A stretch of DNA of 64,000 nucleotides, from positions 58,403 through 122,402 of the forward strand of contig NW_005434520.1 in NCBI RefSeq assembly GCF_000315625.1, given 5' to 3'. Numbering within the stretch: the first letter of the stretch is position 1; every line of letters begins with the position of its first letter. Below are positions 25,011 through 37,424 of the stretch, in pieces. A model generated the notes under the pieces. It saw only the letters and a list, made by a program, of their open reading frames with translations. It was not told where the DNA came from and searched no databases. The DNA comes from Guillardia theta CCMP2712. Lineage: Eukaryota; Protista; Cryptophyta. The position numbers and the translations under genes are program-made.

Positions 25011-26232
25011 GATGAGAGAAGTGCGGAAATTGAAGTATCGCCAAAGTAGTGAAGAGATGCAACAGGAAAAGAAGAGGAAGGAGATGAAGCAGATATCAGC
25101 GAGAACTCGATCGTGAAGGTAAGCCATTTCGGACATCGGGAAGGCGTGAGATGAGATCATGGAATTCAGTTTGCGAGCAAACTTGTCCAATCTACCCCGG
25201 AATATGACGGCGATAGATTTTTCACGCTTGTTGATGGTAACCAGATTTTTCGTCTTGCGCTCTTGACGGGTGATGAAAGGTGTGAAGAAAGCGACCCCAT
25301 TGTTCCTGGTTCTTCTCTGTGTCGAATTCAGGTATTTCAGCAGCAGCAGCAGCAGCAATAGTATTTGAGTTTATGCTGCGGTTATGCGATTCATGCATTG
25401 ACTTCGATCGTAGCGATGTGATGTTTGCGGTCGACTCGATACCTGCTGTCTTTGGAGTCACCGAAGATCCTCTTATAGTGTTGACTTCCAATATCTTTGC
25501 AATCATGAGGTGATCCGAGAAGTTTCTTTCCTGAGGCTGCCTACTCAGCCATGTCTCCTTCAGTTTGAGGGCATTGTATCAAGTACTGGCGCAGCTAGTG
25601 AGATATGCACTGAATGACCGTTAGTTGCACTCAAGCTTTTGCAGGCCAAGGACTTGAAGTATCTTGAGACTGCAGTTGGAGCTGTGCTGGGCTTTGTGGG
25701 TCTAAAGTTGGTGTGTTGCTCTTGCATGCCATGAAGTATGCTCACTTTGCTTGTCAAGGTTGGCGAGTATTTCGGGTTTGAGCTTCCAGAGCAAGCTTCC
25801 CTGGTAGCATGAGCATCTTTTCTTGTTCCTTCCGGCTTGGCCCGTTTCTTCTCTTTTGTCCTCATTTCTCCTGCTCCTCCCTCCTCGTATCATCTTTGAC
25901 AAGCAAGCAGTCTGTCGTGATCGGGCTCCTGGGCACTGGGGTGGGAGCAAGCATCTACGAAAAGAGGCAGAAATTCAAGTTGCTTGACCTGGACAACGAT
26001 GGTTTCCTCACCAAGGTTCCTCCTAGCCTGCCTTGTTGCACAAATGTCTTAACGAACTTGCTTTTGCAGGAGGAGCTTGAAAAGAGCGGGTTGGATGTAG
26101 AGGAGGTCAAGTGACACTGTGAGTGTGAGCCTCGTTGATGGATTTTTTTTTCTGCAGCTTTTGTCGCAAGCAGACGTTGACATGGACGGGAAGATTTCGA
26201 TGAAAGAGTTCATGGACGAGTACAAGGCGTGA
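23776..26232 (+). CDS. terC: Plastid-targeted TerC/Alx-family integral membrane protein with a C-terminal EF-hand pair, multi-exon
   Basis: Signal peptide [20 protein letters not shown] followed by a Ser-rich transit-like segment; [89 protein letters not shown]; then [17 protein letters not shown] and [14 protein letters not shown]; stop at 26230-26232. Confidence 0.88.
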
Positions 26233-26739
26233 AGCCAAGGCTGTGATCATCGCGAAGAACGCTGTTTGGATTCGGAACTCGGGATCAAGATAGAACTCAA
26301 GTTGAAGCAAGTCTGGGTAGAAGGGGGTACTGGTCATAGGCACTGAACAACTTCAACGATTCCGAGTGATGGTTCAGTTCACCATCATGACAACGGCGGG
26401 CAACTTTGCGCTGAGTCGAAGACTCTTCATGACTCATGATCGGAAGGCCGCTGTGGTTCGACGTGAAACTTTGTTCGTCAAGCTTAACTTGACTCTTGAC
26501 TGAGTTCAACGGTTGGGACTTGAGATACGGTACGCCGTGGTTTAAAGCCTAGTTGTGGTGAATGATTTCTTTAGTGAAAGCTTTGTCTCAGCCTAGTGTC
26601 TCAGTATAGTATGGCCCCGGGCAGCGCCGGGCCCCTGCTAGTTACAGTGGGCACACAGAAAGTGTGCGATGGCGAAGAGAGGGGAGGGGACTGCACAACA
26701 ACCTTGACGATGAAAGACATCGATTCCAGCCTGTAGGAT

Positions 26740-29700
26740 ATGCTGCACATGCGGGCTGCTCTCTTGTCTTCCGTCCTCTTTTGCCTCCTGTCGCCTTCGT
26801 TCCCCTCGGGCGTGTCTAAGTTGTCGAGGGAAAGTCGCAGGTATGCTCCCCTTGGAGGTCTGCTAGAAACCCCACCGAGACACTCGGTGACGAGAATCTC
26901 CCTGGACAAGCTCAAGTCGCAGACCAAAAGCGTGCGGAGCCTGAGTAACTCAACTCGTTTGAGCGTCGAGCGAGCCTTCGACTCTTTGCTGGACGTCTGC
27001 ACGTCCGACGCTGTGGTAACAGAGTCGCTGCGTCAGGCCTTCGAGACTCTCAATGTCATGAAGTCTTGTGGCGTCAAGCTAAGCAAGTCTGCCTATCGCG
27101 CTGTTATCAACGCCTGCATCGGCTCTATAACAGGTAACCAACTGCCCTTGCATCCCTTGTTGAATTTCTCTCCAGGACACGCCAAGCACACAGATCATGA
27201 ACAGCAATTGATGTTGAAGAAAAAGAAAACTCTGCAGCATCTCTCATCTCTGGTGGCATCTTGTGCCATCAACTCTGTTCGATGTGAGGCTTTGGACATT
27301 GCCCTTGAGACTATCTCGGCCATGCACAACCATTCCATTCCTCTCGACCACACCGACTTCTCTCCTCTCTTCAAGGCCATCGAAGTCTTCGCTGGTAACG
27401 CTGGTCCTCTGCAAGAAGGAATCCGTAGCATGCGGACGATGCTCGACATGGGTCACTCGCCGGACGCGATTGTTTGCAATGCTCTGGTGGACATCACCTC
27501 CTGCGGCCTTGACTGATCGGACTTTTACAGCTAGAAGCCTGCACAGAGCTGTCTGCTGGAGGAGGCGTGTACGAGCAGATCCTTCACCTGCTAGACTCTG
27601 CAAGAAGGGAACATTGCGCTGACCCTTGGGCCTACTCATCCGCACTCTTTGCGCTAAACGAAGCACAGAGATACGTGCTGGGTAGCGGCCTTGAAGTGCT
27701 GGAACTAATGATCGAGATGGTGAGGGATGAGAAGATCAGCACAGGCTCTCATGTTCGTGTTTCAGAACGTCAAGCCTGATCCGGTGATGTGCAACCTTCT
27801 CCTTATGGAATGTGGACAAGCCGTTGCTTGCAGCGGGGGTTGCCTGGTGGAGTCTTTGCAAGTGAGCATCAAACTACCTAAACCTCATTGTCTGATGGCA
27901 TGCAGCTCATCAAATCTGCGGTTGAAGAAGGAATCGATCTGACTCAGCTTCCTTTTGATATGGTTGTCAAGTCCAGCGCTGAGGTCGCGAAAGTTTGCCT
28001 TAGAGCTTGCGACATTTTCATTCTGACTTTCAGGTTATTGCACATGAACATGGGGCAATCAGCCTTGGTGATAAACTGATTCGCATGATGATCGAAGAAG
28101 AAATTACGGTACTATATGTTTCTCGATAAAATTGTTTGACGAGCAGCAAAATGCTTTTCTTGGTTGTCACAAGCTTGTTGCAGTTACAATCAGAATCTAT
28201 CGAGGCGTATTTGCATGGATGTTCGGAAGCAGCGCGAGGGAGTGGAGTGTTTAAGGTCTGTCGACGATGACGTTAAAGTAGATCTATCGGTAAGTCGATT
28301 TGCAGATCTTGAATGGCATCCTGGACATCATGCAATCAAGCAGTAATCCTGTGAGATTTCGCCATCACTTTACCTCAAGTGTACGATTGATGAATCTCTT
28401 GACAAAGGCAAATCTTCGTGTTCAATCAGAAATCATCCGCCTTTGCGCTCATGCTGGGGGCAAAGGCGGATCCTTAAGCAAGGCGCTGTCGGTGATGCAG
28501 TACCTACGCTTGCATGACGTCAAATATGGTGCATTGCCAGCAGCCGAGGCTGTGAGTGCTGATCATATGACAGATGCAAAAGCTGTTCTTGACGTCATGG
28601 ATGCCGCTTATCATTCCGCGAATGGTAAGCTAAAACGATATGTTTGTGCTATGCCTGAGATAGAACAGGTGAAGGATGCCTTTTCTATGGCTATAAGGTC
28701 ACCACAGACTTGAATAGCAATGTTTTTTCCTTTACACTTGCTTTCTTTAGATCTTGCAGAGAAATGTTTTGCAGACCTCAGAAATTTCAAGCGGTGCTTT
28801 GGCCGAGACTTGATCTTCCCGTGCTGATGTTGCTGCTTTCGTAGGCAGTGAAATTCTATGCGCGATCTCATCAGCTGCTGAAAACTCTTTTGAGTTGAAC
28901 GTGAGAATTTTTCTGCCCCACAATTCAGTGATAGGCCATGCTCTAGACGCGAACAAAAGATCCGTACTACGTTTTGTCAAAGAAAGGTTTCTGATGTCTT
29001 TTTGCAATCGTTGATCTCGATAACTTTTCTCCCAGTTGGTCATCAACGTCCACACAACTCCTCCTCAGCGGCCAGATCAAGCTCAGTAGGTGTTGCGAGT
29101 GAGGTTGTGCTGGAAGGCGTCAAGGTTGTGGAATCGTTGAGTCCTCAGCAACTTCATCGCGCTGTTTCTTTGTATGCGAGCTGTTGGCTTGTCGCCACGC
29201 TGACCTGGCTTCCTAGGGCGATCGAGACCATCTTGAAGGAGTGCGCGGGCGTGAAATCGGTTGGGTTCTTGGATGACCTTGAGGGATCTGAGACCCAAGA
29301 AGGAATTTTTCGACTTGGTATTGAGGTTGAAGGAGCTTTTGCCCAGGGGTATGTGCGATGTGAAGTCGATTTAGGTCTTTCAAACAATGGCTGATGCGGG
29401 GTTGAAGCCGTCAGATCAGGCGATTTGTTCGTTGATATCTGTATGATAGCTGCTCCAAACTTTTGAAAAATTCTCTAACATATTTACAAAGACGAGTTGC
29501 AACTCTGGATTGGTGGCGAACGAAGGAGTCTCGAGATGCATTCAACTTCTCAAACGAGTCAAGGTCTGAGCATCTGCACCGACCTGCTTTCATCCGGTTG
29601 CTCAGGTTGCTAAGTGGAAGGTTGAAGACAATCAGTTGGAATACTTTGCAAAACGAGTTCTTGAATTCTGTGCGGTGGGGGCTAGAATATCCGGTATGAT

Positions 29701-30678
29701 GCAGGAAATTCTTGATTAGTTTGATACCTTTTGGAAGGGGTGGCTACTGCCATGGACATTGTCACCATTCTTCAGTCAAGGTCTATACTTGCAACTCAGC
29801 ATTTCATTCATTCGTTTTGATTAGAAGCATACCCATCGACAATGAAGTGTACAATGCCTTGATGACATCAGCGGAGGCACAATCAAACTCTGTTGCGTGG
29901 AGTCTAATAGTTTGCTAGATGGAGTGCTCGAGAGCTCCGACTACCATCTCCTTGGGAATTTCCCTACTCAAACAGATGCAGTCGACAGGTAGAGAATAAA
30001 CAAAAGCGCAAATTTATTTGACTTGTTGCTCTTTCAGGAGTTAATGCCGACGCCACAGTCTGTGAACATTTGGTTTCAGCCGCAGCTGTGGCACAGACAG
30101 GAGCGTACAAAACAGCCATGGAGGTCGGGGATAGCCGTAGTTGTTGATCGATTGAATGCTTCGCAGGTGCTCAACTTTGTTGACGGGAAAACGATGGACT
30201 CGAAGAACGATGAAAAATCTTTCAAGGACTTGACAAAATCACGAACTGCCTCAAGTAGACCCAGCGATCTTGAAGCATCTTTGAGTGGTTGTGTGAGAAG
30301 ATTGAAAGAGGAGGAGCTGAAAGTTTTCACTCTCTCAGGTAGTCAATCTCCTGCAGCTTCAAAAAGCTTTCGATCCCCTTCCTTGGACTCCCTTGCCACC
30401 GTCCCACGAACACCCAAGGATAGCATTAAGCGCATTGTGAGAGGAGGAGGAAGAGAGAACCAGGAGGGGCTGGTTCTGATGACTTGCAGGGGGTTGTACC
30501 AGACAAGCTGCCCAAGACGCCGACTCCTCTTCTGTCTGCCTCGAAATGCCTTCCAAGGTTATGAACCTCGCCATCCTAGCCTGAGCCTGACGTGAAGACC
30601 TCCAACAGGTCATCGCCCACCCGACGAACTCTTTTCTCTGAAGACAAGAGTCCTGCAGACATGGACAGCTTCTCTTGA
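26740..30678 (+). CDS. PPR-like helical-repeat protein with N-terminal signal-peptide-like segment, multi-exon (may be more than one gene)
   Basis: Degenerate PPR-like units AFETLNVMKSCGVKLSKSAYRAVINAC, MRTMLDMGHSPDAIVCNALVD, NVKPDPVMCNLLLMEC and IPIDNEVYNALMTS; hydrophobic N-terminus MRAALLSSVLFCLL. Confidence 0.55.
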
Positions 30679-30873
30679 TTCCGGAAGCTTTACTTCATGA
30701 CATGTCATCCTTACTCTCCTCGTTGGAGGATACAGTGCGTTGCAGGGATAGCTTGAGAAGGAGAGTATTACGCATTGAAGAGAGCAATTTGTCTGTAATG
30801 ACTTGGCAGATGCATATTTTGGTACGCGAATGACTAGGATTAGCCTCTGATTCCAACAAAGTTTAATAATATC

Positions 30874-31095
30874 ATGTACAACTTACATCAGAGTGTATTG
30901 TTGCAAAAGATGGTACAACCTATTTGCTTTGAGAAATTAACGCCAGTCACTTTTCTACACTGGGTTGCTGACTGCAAATTGAACAACAAAACAGTTAGTA
31001 CTCTAAACATGCTCGTAGTAAAAGTCAGGGTTGATACAGCTGCACAGGGATGCAAAGAAGGGGAAATGGAGGACGGCATGAATGATGCTCGAGCC
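30874..31095 (+). pseudogene. Short remnant related to the Crypton-like element at 48.5-49.5 kb
   Basis: LQKMVQPICFEKLTPVTFLHWV resembles LQKQINPIHFEKFTPVMFLDWV (48996-49232, - strand). Confidence 0.5.
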
Positions 31096-31859
31096 AGCGA
31101 TCGCGAACTGAAAGAGATATAGATCCGAGATAGCGAATGCTGATGATGTCCCGGACGCTACTGCTCATCAATAGTACATCACGGAATATTCCAACAGTCT
31201 TGCATAATTCTTCTGCATGTGGCATATCATGAAGAATACGCCATATTTTCGTATCACATTACATATCTGCACCCGCTAGGCACATTTTCAGAAATGCTAC
31301 ATTTCAATTTCAGCTCATGTTTGATAGGTAAGACACTAGCGAAACCCGTTCAAAGCATCGCGAACCTTTTCGTAGGAGGTCCATCCTTTAGCCGTGGAGC
31401 ACTGAACCACAAACAAGACCAATACCAACCGACTGTTGGGAACATGATGAACTTGCGTCGAATATGGGATGATGTCGATTCTTACACAGCACATTCCGGA
31501 TTTGGCCCATTATTCAGCTAGACATATCAGACAAAAGCAAGATTGATTTTAGTCCCTATCGTCCCTATCGTCCTCACTTACTCGCTATCAAGCCCAACTC
31601 GCCCCCCATCTGAGATAAATCGGAAGAACACAAAATGGAATGTTAGCCCATCGTTCCCTGAGCTCTCTTCAATCAAGACACCGCCTGTAATTCGCAAAAA
31701 CCGTGATAGAAATGTCAGCAAGCCTGTCCCTCAAGACTTCTGATCTTGCCCATTTGGTTTGTGTTCGGAGCCAGGGTCGATTTCGATGTGAAGCAGCCCG
31801 GTATGATGGGGGAGTGAGATGAAGGAGCAAGTGAGGACGTGGAGGAGGAAAGTAGGGCT

Positions 31860-33445
31860 TAAGGATGGAGTGACGCATCCAGAAAATCATCCGGTTTATG
31901 CAGCAGATGGAGGAAGCCAAGAAGCAGGTGACTTCCTTCATCTCCATGACTCTCCTGGGTCTCTCTTCGGTGTATGTCAACCAAGAGGAGAAGATGAAGA
32001 AGAAATTCGAAGAGATCGGACTGATCGTAGACTCAGTGCAAGAGAGTAAATCGATCATGTGGAAGGCTCCGTATAGATCCGAGATAGCGAGTGCTGATGA
32101 GATCCCGGTGACTGTTTCCTTCCTCTGCAATGCACTAGCGGAGAAGCTCTGGCAGGGAAAAAAACTTCCAGATCGATGGTCGCAAGCTCACGGCCGTACA
32201 TGTGAACAAGCGAGCAAGTCCACAAAGATCTAGGTCAGAAAGGCTTCGTGAGAGGTCGAGTAGATCATCTCCTCGAGCTGCCCAGAGGCAAGCGATACCT
32301 GAGCATTCCGAGCTTTCCGAGAGAGCGAAGCGATGAAGGGAGTACACCTGACTCTATTCAGCGAGGACCCGAAGATCAGGGAGGCGCCGGCTCGCAGTCG
32401 AGCTGACAGCTGATAGCTTCGTGTCCAGAAACAAGTTGAAGAAGGCAGCAAGGACACAGAAGAAGAAGGCAGGCCGCAGAGACGACAAGGAGATCAAGAT
32501 CATCATCAAGTCGACGGCGGCTACTGGTCGCTTCACGAGGAAGGAGATGGAGGGGCTGTGCAACGGCGGCAACACGTCCATCGCAAGAGCGGAGAGAGTC
32601 TTGTTGGAGATCGCAAACAGGCTTGACATCAAAGTTGAAGGCATCGACATGGAGGAGGACTCAAATACCAAGTCATGGAACGGGTCCAAGCTATGCATCT
32701 TCCTTGACTCCACGGAGGATGCTCGACGCATGATGAAGGAGCTGCCCTTGTCTTTAGAAGGCGCAGCAATCAAGCTCGAAGCAGTCAGCTTCGACATGGA
32801 GCCTGAGGCGGTGGCTGCTGGCGACACTCAGCGGCAGGAGGAGAGCGAGGGGGAGCAGTGGCTGGAGACGGCTGTGAGCTTGCGACCATCGATCTGGAAG
32901 TCCTCTCTTCCCTGCCAGAGCTTCTCCGCTAGTGCATTGCAGAGGAAGGAAACAGTCACCGGGATCTCATCAGCACTCGCTATCTCGGGTCTATACGGAG
33001 CCTTCCACATGATCGATTTACTCTCTTGCACTGAGTCTACGATCAGTCCGATCTCTTCGAATTTCTTCTTCATCTTCTCAGAGTCTTCATGGTTGACATA
33101 CACCGAAGAGAGACCCAGGAGAGTCATGGAGATGAACGAAGTCATCTCGTTGCCTGCTGTGGCGGTGTATGTCTCGACCTTCTCCTTCTTGGCTTCCTCC
33201 ATCTGCTGCATAAACCACTCTCTGGACGCGTCACTCCATCCAGTCAATGCTTCTTGTAGAAGCTCACGTCGTGCCTGCTGACATGTCGAGCGGATGGCTT
33301 CTGCGATAGCGTCGGGGGTGCATCCCTCCACAGCCTTGCAAGCCTGGGCTGTCCTACTGTTAGGAAAACGCTTCGCGAAGCTCTTCACCCTCTCGACCAG
33401 ATCAGCTTCGAGGACCGTACAGCATGTTGCGAACACTTTCATCAT
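31860..33445. mobile_element. Two degenerate inverted copies of an RRM-like ORF (possible non-LTR ORF1 remnant)
   Basis: Arms ~31863-32197 (+) and ~32868-33241 (-) encode nearly the same peptide, SMTLLGLS...KKKFEEIGLIVDSV...VTVSFLCNALAEKLWQG..FQIDGRKL, which looks RRM-like; stops and frameshifts present. Confidence 0.5.
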
Positions 33446-33997
33446 ACTGACGAGCCATACTTAGAAAGCTGTTTGAACTATACCATTCTCCTACACCTGG
33501 CGCGGAGCCATGGTGCCCTAGAATGCTTGTTTAAGCCGCGTATCTGCTCTCACCCAGCAATCGGCCGCCGCTGATATCCTGTATCTCCGCATCGCCGAAT
33601 CTCAATGGAGCTTCTCTTGCCTGCACCGTCCCTTGCGTGGTTAGTATAGCGGTTTTTGCTGCCTTTTCTGTTTCCTAGTATTTAGCTGAGGCGGGTTTGT
33701 AGGGTTTATTCTCTTCTCCTTGTTTGCCCCCTTCAACAGCCTGCCAGATTCCACGAGCCCTTCTGCTCAGCTGCTGATACCTGCTCTTGAAACCCTTATC
33801 ATGTTAGTATGTCATATCTTGATATTTGTTTCTCCTCACACCTCATCTCTTCTCGCCGGCGAGCATCTATAACATGTCGTTAGCAGGTGCATGGCGAATG
33901 CTCTCATGGGTGTCTATGGTTTGTTTTGTGTAATCGGTATTGTTGTTGTTGATCAAAGCATGGTTCAGGGCTGCATCTTCTGATAGCAAGCGGTTGT

Positions 33998-36040
33998 GTG
34001 GTCCTTGTACATGTTGCTGGCAGTTTCTCATCTCACGTGGCGCCAATGGTGATTCGAGGCGGTGGAATAGGAGATGCAAACCAGACCCTGCGGATAGGCA
34101 AAGACCTCCATGACATGAATAGAGAGGAGGTAGATGCAAGGCTGTGGCTAGAACAGGACAAGATGAAGAGAGAACGGGAGAAGGTAGAGAAGAAGATAGT
34201 TAAAGTAGAACCAGAGATCAGGAACGTTGAGGCAAGAACGGAGAAGGTAGAGAAGAAGCCAGTTGCAGTAGAACCAGAGATCAGGAACGTTGAGGCAGAA
34301 AAACACAAGGACTTGAAGAAGCAGGTATCGCAACTTCATGACAAGGGGACCAACAAGAAGTTCATCAAGAAAATAACGCAGGAAATAAAGTACCTTCGAA
34401 AGGAAAACAAGCAACTTCGAAAGGAAATGAGGCAACTTCGAGATAATGTGAATGAGAAAAAAAAGAGCCTTTCCTGGTCAGAGACAATGCTGGATCTTAG
34501 TCAAGCAGGATACAGTGAGGATCGCAAAATTTTCACCATCGATCGAGCATTGCTGAATTCAAATCCTGGGCCAGCAGGGCAGCTGATGCTCTACTGCAGG
34601 GAAAGCTTCAATGAGCAATGGCGTTTCCTTGAGGAGAAGGTGTGCAAGGAAGGATATTTGGGTTGGATCCTAGGCCCTCCGGGGACAGGGAAGACGACGA
34701 CGACGACATGTTTCCTGCTATGGCAAAGCATGGAAGCGAGATGGAGGGTGATGTGCGTACGACTCTGGAAGGCGGGTCCTGTCAGCCTGATACAGGTGGT
34801 TGACGGGAAAGAAAGAAGGTGCGACTTTTCTCTGAAGAGAGCAGGGGACGAGATAGAGGACTTCCTTGAAGGATGGGGAGGGGTCAGCGAAAAGTACCTT
34901 CTGTCCTTGGACGGTTACCTGGAGGGGAATCCAGAACATGATAATTTGCTCAGCGTCTGCATGCTATGGCGCCGTCGTGACATGGAGAATCGACGGCTTG
35001 TCGTTACGACTTCGATGGGTGCTCGAATAAAGGTGTATTCTGAGCAAGATATGATAGAAAGGATCAAGGAAATGAAAGTATACTCGTGGATGCTTGAGGA
35101 GTACAAGGAAGCCGTCAAGCACGACCTTCTGTACAAAAATGTAGCTAACATGGTGGGAACGAGCTTGGGAACGAGGAATACGATGAGGAAGCAGGAGACC
35201 GAACAGGAGAGAAGAGCGAGAGAGGTTGAGTCCAAATATCAGATTGTTGGAGGCTCATGTCGGTACATGTTCCAATACACGACAGCAGAGGCGATTGAAC
35301 AACTGCATTTCGCGATGGCTTCTGTGGATAATTTTGAAACGCTGATGGATTCGAAAACGGGAGACCGAGCAAAGCGGATGGTGAATCGGCTGCATGCAAT
35401 GTATCGTGTTGGAGACAATGTGCACTGGGGGCTTCTCAGCAGGTTTGTCGCCACAGAGCTAGCACAGAGGCTTGGAGAAGCTTTTGTGAGAAAGATCGAG
35501 CAGTTGGTGGGGATCGCTGAGAATCCGATACTTCGTGGTGTGTTGTTTGAGATGCTATTCTTTGCTCGGATAGGAAACGAGCAAGGGCTACGTGTGACCA
35601 GTAGGACAGGAGAAGAAGTCCATTGGGAGAGCTATGCTGTGAAGACGTTTGACCCAACACAACTCTATACGTCTGGAATCGAGAGGAGTGTATGCCTGAA
35701 GCCAATAGCTTGGAATCAGGGCGGCTACGACGCTGTGATTGTAGATCTAAGGGAGAGGATAGTGCGCTTTGTGCAGGTGACAGCGGCAAGCAAGCATGAC
35801 CTGAAATTGCAGTACTTTGCAGACTGCATGGATGCCTTGAGCATCGAAAGATGGGATCAATGGAAGATGGAGATTGTTTTCGTCGTCACAAAGGACAATC
35901 TTGCAAAGTTCAGTCTGAGCGAGGTGGTCGAGGAAGGCGCGCTCGCGAGGTATGGTTGGAGAGCCGGAGAGGAAGCGAGCAAAGCATGTGTGGTTGGGAT
36001 GGACCCTAGAGCACAAGGATGGAGCAGCAGGATAGGATGA
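33998..36040 (+). CDS. Crinkler/RHS-type (CRN-like) protein: coiled-coil N-terminus, P-loop NTPase and PD-(D/E)xK restriction-endonuclease-like C-terminus; intronless; likely ATG at 34046
   Basis: LMLYCR; Walker A GWILGPPGTGKTTT; LSLDG; VVTTSM; VGGSCRYMF; GVLFEMLFF; CLKPIAWNQGGYDAVIVD...VRFVQVT..KHDLKLQYF, all motifs I recognise from oomycete CRN C-terminal domains. Confidence 0.8.
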   Translation: MVLVHVAGSFSSHVAPMVIRGGGIGDANQTLRIGKDLHDMNREEVDARLWLEQDKMKREREKVEKKIVKVEPEIRNVEARTEKVEKKPVAVEPEIRNVEAEKHKDLKKQVSQLHDKGTNKKFIKKITQEIKYLRKENKQLRKEMRQLRDNVNEKKKSLSWSETMLDLSQAGYSEDRKIFTIDRALLNSNPGPAGQLMLYCRESFNEQWRFLEEKVCKEGYLGWILGPPGTGKTTTTTCFLLWQSMEARWRVMCVRLWKAGPVSLIQVVDGKERRCDFSLKRAGDEIEDFLEGWGGVSEKYLLSLDGYLEGNPEHDNLLSVCMLWRRRDMENRRLVVTTSMGARIKVYSEQDMIERIKEMKVYSWMLEEYKEAVKHDLLYKNVANMVGTSLGTRNTMRKQETEQERRAREVESKYQIVGGSCRYMFQYTTAEAIEQLHFAMASVDNFETLMDSKTGDRAKRMVNRLHAMYRVGDNVHWGLLSRFVATELAQRLGEAFVRKIEQLVGIAENPILRGVLFEMLFFARIGNEQGLRVTSRTGEEVHWESYAVKTFDPTQLYTSGIERSVCLKPIAWNQGGYDAVIVDLRERIVRFVQVTAASKHDLKLQYFADCMDALSIERWDQWKMEIVFVVTKDNLAKFSLSEVVEEGALARYGWRAGEEASKACVVGMDPRAQGWSSRIG

Positions 36041-37424
36041 CCATGGTGCCCGTGTTGGTGAATGCACCAGTAGAGATTGGGTTATGCTCGTGCAAGTGAG
36101 CAATGTATCAAATTTCAGCATCTTCACTGTGCAATGTTGTCAATCATTGTAAACCAATGCGGGAATGGTGTAGCCACCAGATACGAATACGCTCATCACC
36201 TCACCTGTACAAGAAAATGGCTTGTTCCGTTCTCGTCCTCACGTTTCCACGGACCATCGCTTTTGTAATGGTGCTCGTCGGGAGCTGCGCGCCGGCGCTA
36301 AATACCTATGCCACCCGGGAGAGTGCAGCCTTCCGAGCTGCAAGGTGGAGCACGACTCAGGAGTCCGGAGTCTAGCGACGCCTCCACGGGCGTGGTGAGC
36401 TCTGTCCGAGTCAAGGAAGCGGAGAGCCGAATTAGACTCGTCGGAGCCTTTCAATCGAGTCGGATCACAGGTATTTTGATCCAGAAGCGAGCATTTTTTC
36501 CATGCTGGTTGGTGGGTCAGCAACAGATCTCTTAGACACTCATGACTACACAACCAAGATTCTGTTTCAACCATTATTCGAGCTTTTTCTGTAATCCTGA
36601 AGATTCAACTTTACATATTCAACACAAACATTTCCCAATTGGTATATTTCAAAGTATGTTTGCCTGACGTTACATGGTCGATGATGTGCATTGGTGATGG
36701 ATGTCAAGCGATGGTTTCTGTAATGAAGTTATTCTTGCCGAGCTCTTATCAGCACATTGCGTTCAACATCGGCATTAGAAGCACCTTGCTCCGCCATTCG
36801 GAAGCACCTTGCTCCACCGTCGCATTTTTGCGCCAAGAGCCATGAAAACTTCACATTAGGTAGGTTGGGTGCTCTATGTCCAAAACCGCCTATTACATCG
36901 CCCCGGCCAGCTTCTTACAATGGAGCGCTACCCTACCTTGTGTGCAAACCTGGAAATTCTCGACCCCTCCTCTGTTCTCTCGGCTGGATGGTACCCTCCG
37001 TCAAGCGGACGAGCCGGATCTGGCCCTCCTACTGGCTTCCTTTCTGCTGGTGCATCAGGCCCTGGTTGATGGTGGAGTGCTGCGATATATGGACCTCAGT
37101 GACCTGGATGACGCACCATTCCGTTCCAAGTCCCTTCTGGAATTTATTGTACCAGACCATTTTGTTTGCAAAACGAGATTGTTCTCGAGCTGGTTGGATT
37201 TCCAAGCAGAGCGGTTCATACAAAGATTCAGGTGCAGATAACGGAGATCCTTCTAAGTCAGAAAAGCTTTGTCGATCATCAGCATCTCGTCGAGACTGTA
37301 TGCCATTCGCCGCTGCTGTTCCGACGCTCCGCCGACGTGCCGTTGCCGGCTCTCGCATGCGAATGGGCAATGGTAGTAGATGAAGGGGGGCGAATGGGCA
37401 ATGGTAGTAGATGACTTAAGTTAA

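Noticed and set aside
36070-37400. Short overlapping ORFs between the CRN-like gene and the piggyBac end
   Set aside because: No family motif recognised; probably decayed repeat sequence, left unannotated
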